A DNA stretch of 36,260 bases from an uncultured Zetaproteobacteria bacterium. Its GTDB lineage: Bacteria > Pseudomonadota > Zetaproteobacteria > Mariprofundales > Mariprofundaceae. The stretch's first letter is position 1; every line of letters begins with the position of its first letter. Below, piece after piece: positions 6,927-13,608 of the stretch. Below the pieces are notes generated by a model that worked only from the letters and a program-made list of their open reading frames with translations, was not told where the DNA came from and made no database searches. The position numbers and the translations under genes are program-made. The stretch spans positions 1 to 36,260 of the forward strand of contig CAYVBG010000001.1 of the NCBI GenBank assembly GCA_964449205.1, given 5' to 3'.

Positions 6927-9002
6927 TTACGCTCCCACCTGTTCCAGCGGCTGGATGGTGACATTGGATGGAACCTCGGCGATGGAGAGCACGGCGATGC
7001 GGGGCAACACCCGGCGCAACGCGCCGGACAGTGTGGCCCTGAGCGCCGGAGAAGTGAGGATGACCGGCGTGTCCATGTCGTCGTGACGGCTGATGGCGTC
7101 GTTCAGGTTGGCGACGAATCGCTGCCAGCGCTGGAAGTCCATCGGCAGCGCGGCAGCCTGTTGCCCGGCCAGGCGTTCGCTCATGTCCTGTTCCAGCGCC
7201 GGATCCAGTGTGAAGGCGCGCAACTCGCTGCGGTCGTTCAGGTATTGCTGCGTGATGGAGCGCCCGATGCGCAGGCGCACGCGTTCGACCAGCGCGTCCA
7301 TGTCCTGTTGCTCGCCTTGGGCGTCGGCCAGGGTTTCCAGAATGACCAGCAAGTCGCGAATCGGAACCCATTCGGCCAGCAGCCGCTGGAGCACGTTTTG
7401 CAGCATCCCGGGAGACACCTGCGAAGGAACGATCTCTTCGACGATACGTGGATGCCGCTCGGAGAGGCCGTCCAGCAGCTCCTGCACCTGCGCCCGGTCG
7501 AGAATCTCGTGCGCATGTTGCCGCAACAATTCGGTGATGTGGGTGACGATGACCGTGGCCGGTTCCACCACCGTGTATCCGGCCAGTTCCGCCTGCTGCC
7601 GTCGGTCCTGTTCGATCCACAGCGCCGGCAGTCCAAACGCCGGCTCCTGCGTTGGCACGCCATCCACGGCGCCGTCGGTGTGCTGGCCTTCGAGCGCCAG
7701 CAGGTTGCGCGGACGGATCTCGCCGCGGCCGATTTCCGCGCCGCGCACCAGCACCCGATAATCGCCGACGCCCAGTTGCAGGTTGTCCTTGATGTGCACC
7801 GGCGGCAGCACGAAGCCGATCTCGCGCGCAATCTGACGGCGCACGGCTTGCAGGCGATCGAGCAGGTTGCCGTCGCGACCGGATTCCACCAGATCGATGA
7901 GCCCGTAGCCCACCTCCAGCCGGACAGGGTCCACGGCCAGCAGTTCGCTCAGCGATTCGCCTGGCCCCTCGGCCGCCGTGTCGGGCTCCGGCTCGGGTTC
8001 TGCGGCTTGGGCCTGCTCCGATTCGGCCGTGTGCAGATACCAGGCCGACGCGCCCAGCGCCAGGGACAGCAACAGGAAGGGAAGGAACGGCAGGCCCGGC
8101 ACCAATGCCATCAACAGCAGCGCGCCCGCGCCTACCATGTGCACGCGCGGATTTTGCGTGAACTGGCGGGAGAGCTCGGCGGGCAGCATGGCCTCGCCGC
8201 CGGCGCGGGTGATGATGATGCCGGCGGCGGTGGAGATCACCAGCGCCGGAATCTGCGACACCAGCCCGTCGCCGACGGTCAGGATGCTGTAGACGTCCAC
8301 CGCGTCGGACAGGCTCATGTGCTGCTGCATCACGCCGATGATCAGGCCGCCGAAGATGTTGATGGCCGTGATGATCAGACCGGCGATGGCGTCGCCGCGC
8401 ACGAACTTGGAGGCACCATCCATGGCGCCGTAGAACTCGGCTTCCCGTGCGATGGCGTCGCGGCGCGCGCGCGCGGCCTTGTCGTCGATCAGGCCGGCGT
8501 TCAGATCGGCGTCGATGGCCATCTGCTTGCCGGGCATCGCATCCAACGTGAAACGCGCCGCGACTTCAGCGATGCGGGTGGAGCCCTTGGTGATGACGAT
8601 GAAATTGATCAGCACCAGAATCAGAAAGATGATGAGGCCCACGACCGTGTTGCCGCCAACGACGAACTGGCCGAAACCCTCGATCACATGGCCGGCGGCG
8701 CTCGGGCCTTCCTGCCCGTGCAACAGGATCAATCGCGTGGTGGCCACATTCAGCGCCAGCCGGAACAACGTGGTCAAGAGCAGCAGCGACGGGAACACCG
8801 AGAAGTCCAGCGGCTTCAACACATAGATGGATGTCAGAAGAATGACGATGCCGATGGTGATGTTTGCGGCCAGCATCACGTCCATCAGCCAGGTGGGCAT
8901 GGGCACCATCATGATGAGCAGCACCAGCAGCACGCCCACGGCGAGCATCACGTCCGTGTGGCGCCCGAATCGTTGTATGGCCAGAGTCGCCGCTGCTTGC
9001 AT
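6927..9002 (-). CDS. flhA: Flagellar export gate protein FlhA
   Basis: 691 aa with a multi-TM N-terminal half (e.g. GDGLVSQIPALVISTAAGIIITR) and a large cytoplasmic C-terminal domain. Canonical neighbours are flhB upstream and flhF downstream. Confidence 0.95.
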   Translation of the reverse strand: MQAAATLAIQRFGRHTDVMLAVGVLLVLLIMMVPMPTWLMDVMLAANITIGIVILLTSIYVLKPLDFSVFPSLLLLTTLFRLALNVATTRLILLHGQEGPSAAGHVIEGFGQFVVGGNTVVGLIIFLILVLINFIVITKGSTRIAEVAARFTLDAMPGKQMAIDADLNAGLIDDKAARARRDAIAREAEFYGAMDGASKFVRGDAIAGLIITAINIFGGLIIGVMQQHMSLSDAVDVYSILTVGDGLVSQIPALVISTAAGIIITRAGGEAMLPAELSRQFTQNPRVHMVGAGALLLMALVPGLPFLPFLLLSLALGASAWYLHTAESEQAQAAEPEPEPDTAAEGPGESLSELLAVDPVRLEVGYGLIDLVESGRDGNLLDRLQAVRRQIAREIGFVLPPVHIKDNLQLGVGDYRVLVRGAEIGRGEIRPRNLLALEGQHTDGAVDGVPTQEPAFGLPALWIEQDRRQQAELAGYTVVEPATVIVTHITELLRQHAHEILDRAQVQELLDGLSERHPRIVEEIVPSQVSPGMLQNVLQRLLAEWVPIRDLLVILETLADAQGEQQDMDALVERVRLRIGRSITQQYLNDRSELRAFTLDPALEQDMSERLAGQQAAALPMDFQRWQRFVANLNDAISRHDDMDTPVILTSPALRATLSGALRRVLPRIAVLSIAEVPSNVTIQPLEQVGA

Positions 9003-9007
9003 GATCC

Positions 9008-10090
9008 TCAGACTCCCTGTTTCGCGCCGCGCAAGCGGAAGATTTCCGCCAGAATGATGGCCACGGCCTCGTAGAGTTCGGCGGGGATTTCATCACCCAC
9101 CTTGACGCTCTTATACAAGGATCTTGCCAACGGCTTGTTTTCACGGACGGGGATGTGATGTTCCCGCGCCAGGGCACGAATTTTTTCCGCCACCCGGCCG
9201 CGCCCCTTGGCCAGCACGCGCGGCGCGCCTCCTTGCTCCGGGCGGTAGGCCAAGGCCACGGCGATATGTGTCGGGTTGGTGATCACCACGTCGGCTTTCG
9301 GCACGTCGGCCATCATCCGGCTGCGGGCCTGTTCCTGCTGGATCTGGCGAATCCTCGCCTTCAGTTGCGGATCGCCCTCGGTTTCCTTGTATTCGTCTTT
9401 TACTTCCTTTTTGGACATGCGCAAGCCCTTCGCATGCTCCCATCGCTGGTAGAGCACGTCGGCCATGGCGATGAAGAAGAAGACCAGCGCGGCCAGCGCC
9501 GCCACACGCAGCGAGCCGGCGGCGGCCAGTGCCGATATTTCGGGCACTTCCATGCGACCGGAGGCGATGATGGCGGGCAACAGATCGCGCACCACCGCGC
9601 CGCAGGCGATGGCGATGAACGTGAGCTTCAGCAGCGATTTGACAAACTCCGCCAGCCCCTTGGTGGAAAACAGCCGCTTGATGCCCGAGAGCGGACTGAT
9701 TTTGCTGAGTTTGGGTTTGAGCGGTTCGAATGAGAGCACAGGCCCGGAAATGATCAGGGTCGCCAGCACGCCGAAAGCGAGCATCGGCAACACGATGGGC
9801 AGGACGATGCCGGCCATGTCCAGACCGAGGCTGGCGGCCAGTGTTTGCATGCCCGGCGCATCCGCGCGCAGTTCTGCTGGCGAGGCGCCAAGATAATGAC
9901 GCATCAGCGCCATCATGCGCCCGGCGCACCATGCGCCGATGCCGGTCACCCCCAGCCCGGCCAGCGTCAGGAAGACGATGGCTGTCGAAGGTTCCCGGCT
10001 GGTGGGCACTTGCCCTTTCTTGCGTGCGTCCTCGAGTTTTTTTGGAGTCGCTTCTTCTGTTTGCTGGGATTTGTCCTGTTCCTCGGGCAT
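9008..10090 (-). CDS. flhB: Flagellar export switch protein FlhB
   Basis: 360 aa starting MPEEQDKSQQTEEATPKKLEDARKKGQVPTSRE, with four TM segments and the NPTH autocleavage motif in VVITNPTHIAVAL. Confidence 0.95.
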   Translation of the reverse strand: MPEEQDKSQQTEEATPKKLEDARKKGQVPTSREPSTAIVFLTLAGLGVTGIGAWCAGRMMALMRHYLGASPAELRADAPGMQTLAASLGLDMAGIVLPIVLPMLAFGVLATLIISGPVLSFEPLKPKLSKISPLSGIKRLFSTKGLAEFVKSLLKLTFIAIACGAVVRDLLPAIIASGRMEVPEISALAAAGSLRVAALAALVFFFIAMADVLYQRWEHAKGLRMSKKEVKDEYKETEGDPQLKARIRQIQQEQARSRMMADVPKADVVITNPTHIAVALAYRPEQGGAPRVLAKGRGRVAEKIRALAREHHIPVRENKPLARSLYKSVKVGDEIPAELYEAVAIILAEIFRLRGAKQGV

Positions 10091-10093
10091 GGC

Positions 10094-10885
10094 CTAGGCG
10101 CCTCCGAGCGCACGCAGGAAATCCGGGACGAAACGCCCGGCGTCGCGGAATCCTGTATGCGTCAGCGACAGAAAGGCCGGCAGCGCCAGCGCGAAGGCCA
10201 GCAGGCCGAGCCCGATGGTCAGCGGAAAGCTGACGAAGAAAATCTGGATCTGGGGCACGGCGCGCGAGAGCAGCCCCAGCGCCACATAGGTGAACAGCAG
10301 CAGCAACAGCACTGGTGCGGCCAGCCGCAGCCCCAGCGTGAACATATGGGCGGCGGCGTCACTGAGCGTTTGCCAGCCCGCGCCGGCCCACGGGTGCCCG
10401 ACCGGCAATATGGAGAAGGAATCCGCGATGGCGGACAGGAAGGCGTGGTGACCGCCGGCCGTCATCCAGATGAGCATGGCCAGCACCACCGCCAGCTGGC
10501 CCACCACCGGGATCTGCGACTGGCTGACCGGGTCCATGATGTTGGCGATGCTGATGCCCATCTGGTAGCTCATGATTTGTCCGGCCAGTTGCACGGCGGC
10601 GAACACCAGTTGCGCCAGCATGGCCAGCATCGCGCCGATGATGATTTCCTGGCCGGCCAGCACGGCCAGCGCCACCGGCGCGGGCGGCGGGGCCGGAACC
10701 AGGGGCCGCGCCACGGGCCAGACCAGCAGGGTGATGAGCGCCATCAGACCGATTTTCATCTGCGGCGGCACGAGCTGATGCCCCAGCACCGGCAGGAACA
10801 TGGTCATTGCCGACACGCGCAGCAATATCAGGCCGGCGGCGACGATGTCGGCGAGGTCGGGCGCGGGGGGCATGGCGGGAGTCAT
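10094..10885 (-). CDS. fliR: Flagellar export apparatus protein FliR
   Basis: 263-aa polytopic membrane protein between fliQ and flhB, with typical hydrophobic FliR composition. Confidence 0.9.
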   Translation of the reverse strand: MTPAMPPAPDLADIVAAGLILLRVSAMTMFLPVLGHQLVPPQMKIGLMALITLLVWPVARPLVPAPPPAPVALAVLAGQEIIIGAMLAMLAQLVFAAVQLAGQIMSYQMGISIANIMDPVSQSQIPVVGQLAVVLAMLIWMTAGGHHAFLSAIADSFSILPVGHPWAGAGWQTLSDAAAHMFTLGLRLAAPVLLLLLFTYVALGLLSRAVPQIQIFFVSFPLTIGLGLLAFALALPAFLSLTHTGFRDAGRFVPDFLRALGGA

Positions 10886-10897
10886 GGCACACCACCT

Positions 10898-11167
10898 TCA
10901 GTGCAACAGTCCGGGAATGGACTCGAACAGCCGGCGCGTGAAGGTGACCATCGTGCGGGTGAGCCAGGGCGCGGCGATGACCATGCAGGCGAACACAGCG
11001 ATGATTTTCGGCACGAAGGTCAGCGTCATTTCCTGGATTTGGGTGACCGCCTGAAACAGCGAAATGGCCACGCCCACAATCAGCGCCACGGCCAGCATGG
11101 GCAGCGAAAGCCACAGTGTCATTTGCAGCGCCTGGGTGCCGAGATGAACCACGCTGTCTGGAGTCAT
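10898..11167 (-). CDS. fliQ: Flagellar export apparatus protein FliQ
   Basis: 89 aa from ATG 11167: MTPDSVVHLGTQALQMTLWLSLPMLAVALIVGVAISLFQAVTQIQEMTLTFVPKIIAVF... It is colinear from residue 1 with the FliQ family (MTPE... start, 89 aa). The ORF-track start 11233 adds 22 non-homologous residues. No Shine-Dalgarno precedes ATG 11167. Confidence 0.9.
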   Translation of the reverse strand: MTPDSVVHLGTQALQMTLWLSLPMLAVALIVGVAISLFQAVTQIQEMTLTFVPKIIAVFACMVIAAPWLTRTMVTFTRRLFESIPGLLH

Positions 11168-11178
11168 GGCCGTTCGGT

Positions 11179-11194
11179 AGCAAACCTTGGGCCA
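11179..11194 (-). promoter_or_regulatory. sigma54-type -24/-12 promoter candidate immediately upstream of fliQ
   Basis: The minus strand reads TGGCCC-AAGGT-TTGCT with exact GG-N10-GC spacing. The -12 C is at 11180, so the predicted +1 is about 11168, one nt before the fliQ ATG (11167). Confidence 0.5.
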
Positions 11195-11226
11195 AGGCGG
11201 GAGACAAGGCAGGAGATAAACGGGGG

Positions 11227-11265
11227 TTGACAATGGCGATGATACCGATAATGATTCCCACTATA
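11227..11265 (+). promoter_or_regulatory. sigma70-type promoter with overlapping Fur-box-like operator for the cupredoxin/FTR1 genes
   Basis: TTGACA at 11227..11232. GATAATGATTCCCACTATA at 11247..11265 matches 14 of 19 positions of the Fur consensus GATAATGATAATCATTATC and covers the -10 region (ATAATG / TATAAA). AAGGAG RBS at 11275..11280 lies 8 nt before ATG 11289. Confidence 0.5.
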
Positions 11266-11288
11266 AAACAAAGCAAGGAGACGAAATC

Positions 11289-11615
11289 ATGATACGCAGA
11301 CTGTTCCCGATGCTGGCAGCCGGGTTGCTGACAGCAAACGCCGCATTGGCCACCGAGGAATACCGGATTGCAATCAAGAACCACCGCTTTCAACCTGAGG
11401 AGTTGGCCGTGCCGGCCGGGGTGAAGTTCCGGCTTCGGGTGGACAACCGTGACGCCACTCCCGAGGAGTTTGAAAGCTATGATCTCAATCGCGAAAAGGT
11501 GATCGCCGGAAACAGCAGCGCCATCCTGTTCATCGGGCCGCTCAAGCCGGGAACCTATCGGTTTTTTGGCGAGTTCAATATGAAAACGGCCCGAGGCCGT
11601 CTCATCGCGAGGTGA
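11289..11615 (+). CDS. Periplasmic cupredoxin-fold protein (FtrB-like partner of FTR1 permeases)
   Basis: 108 aa with signal peptide MIRRLFPMLAAGLLTANAALA. The body YRIAIKNHRFQPEELAVPAGVKFRLRVDNRDATPEEFESYDLNREKVIAGNSSAILFIGPLKPGTYRFFGEF is typical of the small cupredoxin-like proteins encoded next to FTR1 genes. The classical Cys/His copper ligands are not evident. Confidence 0.7.
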   Translation: MIRRLFPMLAAGLLTANAALATEEYRIAIKNHRFQPEELAVPAGVKFRLRVDNRDATPEEFESYDLNREKVIAGNSSAILFIGPLKPGTYRFFGEFNMKTARGRLIAR

Positions 11616-11619
11616 GGGC

Positions 11620-12429
11620 ATGACCGCGAGCATGGTGATCGTGTTTCGCGAGGCGCTGGAGGCGGCGCTGGTGATCGGCATCGTGCTGGCTGCTACCCGC
11701 GGCCTTCCCCGGAGCCGTCTCTGGATCATGGTCGGTGGCTTTTTCGGAATCGTGGGGGCCGGTGTTGTCGCCGCCCTGGCCGAAACCATCAGCCAGGCCG
11801 CAGCCGGCATCGGGCAGGAACTGTTCAACGCGGTCGTGCTGCTGACGGCGGCCGGTGTGCTGGCCTGGACCGTGGTGTGGATGCGGGAGCATGGGCGGGC
11901 ATGGAGCGCCAGAATGACACAAGTGGGGCGTTCGGTTGCCGAGGGGGATGCCTCGGCTGGAGTGCTGGCCATTGTCGTGGGGCTGGCGGTGTTGCGGGAA
12001 GGTGCGGAAGTCGTTCTGTTTCTGTACGGGATTGCGTCCGGGGGCATGGGGGCGGGTATGGTGACCGGCGGATTGGCGGGCTTGCTGTTGGGAGCAATGG
12101 CCGGCGGGTTGATGTATGTCGGATTGCTGCGTATTCCGGCCCGGCACCTGTTTTCGGTGATTGCCGCATTGTTGACGTTGCTGGCCGCCGGTATGGCAAG
12201 CCAGGGCGCAGCCTTTTTGGTGATGGCCGATGTGCTGCCTGCTTTGGCGCAGCCCTTGTGGGATACGTCATCCATGCTGCCGCAGCAAAGCCTTGTCGGA
12301 CAGGTGCTGCACGCTCTGGCCGGGTACAGCGATCGGCCCTCGGGCATGCAGGCGCTGGCGTTTGCCGTCACCCTTTTGCTTGTGTTGTGGGCGGTGCGTG
12401 GAAGCAAGGGGCGCACCCTGGCCCAATGA
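11620..12429 (+). CDS. High-affinity iron permease, FTR1/EfeU/FtrC family
   Basis: 269-aa polytopic membrane protein. Both family-defining REXXE motifs are present: REALE (residues 10-14) and REGAE (in AVLREGAEVVLFLYG). GAGG-type RBS; start lies 4 nt after the cupredoxin gene stop. Confidence 0.85.
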   Translation: MTASMVIVFREALEAALVIGIVLAATRGLPRSRLWIMVGGFFGIVGAGVVAALAETISQAAAGIGQELFNAVVLLTAAGVLAWTVVWMREHGRAWSARMTQVGRSVAEGDASAGVLAIVVGLAVLREGAEVVLFLYGIASGGMGAGMVTGGLAGLLLGAMAGGLMYVGLLRIPARHLFSVIAALLTLLAAGMASQGAAFLVMADVLPALAQPLWDTSSMLPQQSLVGQVLHALAGYSDRPSGMQALAFAVTLLLVLWAVRGSKGRTLAQ

Positions 12430-12489
12430 AGCGATGGTGGGCGGTGCGTGACCGCCCGGGGTTCGGGATGTGCGGGGAGACGAAACATG

Positions 12490-12523
12490 TTGACATACAA
12501 AATAGATAACGATTATCATTCCT
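12490..12523 (+). promoter_or_regulatory. sigma70-type promoter with Fur-box-like operator for the outer-membrane barrel gene
   Basis: TTGACA at 12490..12495. GATAACGATTATCATTCCT at 12505..12523 matches 14 of 19 Fur consensus positions and overlaps the -10 region (TTATCA). AAGGAGG RBS at 12538..12544. Confidence 0.55.
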
Positions 12524-12549
12524 GTTATCAATCTCAAAAGGAGGCATGC

Positions 12550-13347
12550 ATGCGGATGCAATGGTTCAGAAACGAACGCCGCCGGGGGCGGAATCCCGGA
12601 AACGAAGCAAGGTGGGGTCGCGGATCGGCTTTCGGGGCCGCGATGGCGCTGTTGCTGGCAGGCGCGGCGCCCGCCGAGGCTTCCCACAAGGTTTACTCCC
12701 CCATCGTCGAGAAGGGCGAGGTGGAAATCGAGAATCGCACCCATGTCACATACGACAGCGATCCGAAAAAGGATGGGGCCGTAGTGGAAAAATACTCCGT
12801 AGGTTATGGCGTGACCGACCATACGTTTGTCGAGTTCTATGCGGTGTGGAACAAGTCTCCCGGCGGTGCGCGCAGCTACGCGGCGACTGAAGCGGTGGTC
12901 ATGCACCAGCTGTTCGAGCAGGGCGAGCGATGGCTGGATGCGGCCCTGTATTTTGAGTATGTGGCCACCGACGCCAGTCAGAACAAGCCCGACAAGCTTG
13001 AGTTCAAGGTGCTGTTGGAAAAGGGCATGGATGAGTGGCTGAACACGCTCAACGTGAACTTTGAAAAAGAGATCGGCACACGCGGATTGCAGGCGGCCGG
13101 GCTGGAGCTGGGCTACGCCTGGAAAACCAAATACCGCTTGTCTCCCCTGTTCGAGCCGGGTTTTGAGGCTTATGGCGCATTGGGCGAGATCGGAAACACC
13201 TCGTCGCCCAGCCGGCAAAAGCACCAGATCGGGCCCATGGTTTATGGAGAGTTGGGCGGTTTCGGGTATGAGGTTGGATGGTTGTTCGGCCTCACCGGAG
13301 CCACGCCCTCGGGAACGCTGCGTTTCCTGGTCGAATACGAGTTCTAG
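12550..13347 (+). CDS. Putative outer-membrane beta-barrel protein
   Basis: 265 aa from ATG 12550 (AAGGAGG 5 nt upstream). Signal peptide ...AFGAAMALLLAGAAPAEA then SHKV. It shows alternating amphipathic strands and aromatic girdle residues. The C-terminal LRFLVEYEF ends in Phe, as in OM barrels. The ORF-track start 12448 lies upstream of the promoter/RBS. Confidence 0.65.
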   Translation: MRMQWFRNERRRGRNPGNEARWGRGSAFGAAMALLLAGAAPAEASHKVYSPIVEKGEVEIENRTHVTYDSDPKKDGAVVEKYSVGYGVTDHTFVEFYAVWNKSPGGARSYAATEAVVMHQLFEQGERWLDAALYFEYVATDASQNKPDKLEFKVLLEKGMDEWLNTLNVNFEKEIGTRGLQAAGLELGYAWKTKYRLSPLFEPGFEAYGALGEIGNTSSPSRQKHQIGPMVYGELGGFGYEVGWLFGLTGATPSGTLRFLVEYEF

Positions 13348-13530
13348 GAGTCTGTCGGGCTTGGGGGATCCTGACGGGCAGGTGGGGAAGCGAGGCCAAA
13401 ATGTTCGGATTCCGAGGCGCATGGTGGCTGTGATGGAGCGGGGAAGCCGGGCATTTCGGGCCGCTGTCGCAGCCCGGCAGCAGATGCCATCCAGGTCCGG
13501 CAGACTCCCGGGTTGTGTTGCAGGCGGACG

Positions 13531-13562
13531 GGCATGGCGGCGCAAGCCGCCGTGCCTTTTTT
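13531..13562 (+). terminator. Rho-independent terminator (plus-strand orientation)
   Basis: GGCATGGCGGC-gcaa-GCCGCCGTGCC forms an 11-bp stem with one G-U pair, followed by TTTTTT (13557..13562). It lies about 185 nt after the barrel gene stop, in the convergent gap with the kinase gene. Confidence 0.75.
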
Positions 13563-13608
13563 GCTTGCGCTTGTCCGGGCGGAGCGGCTGTTTGGCGCTG
13601 CGCCGGCT

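Noticed and set aside
6492-9074. 860-aa plus-strand ORF
   Set aside because: It is antisense to flhF and flhA, which carry unambiguous family motifs. Its composition is Arg/Gly/His/Gln-rich, typical of open antisense frames in GC-rich DNA.
11245-11252. CCGATAA, resembling the -10 of sigma28 promoters (GCCGATAA), upstream of the cupredoxin gene
   Set aside because: No TAAA-type -35 lies at the required spacing of about 15 nt (TTGACA is there instead). The motif is part of the Fur-box-like GATAATGAT repeat, and iron genes are not expected sigma28 targets.
10359-12500. 713-aa minus-strand ORF spanning fliR, fliQ and the iron genes
   Set aside because: It is out of frame with fliR/fliQ and antisense to the FTR1 gene. 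It crosses two promoter regions. Its Pro/Arg/Ala-rich translation is not protein-like.
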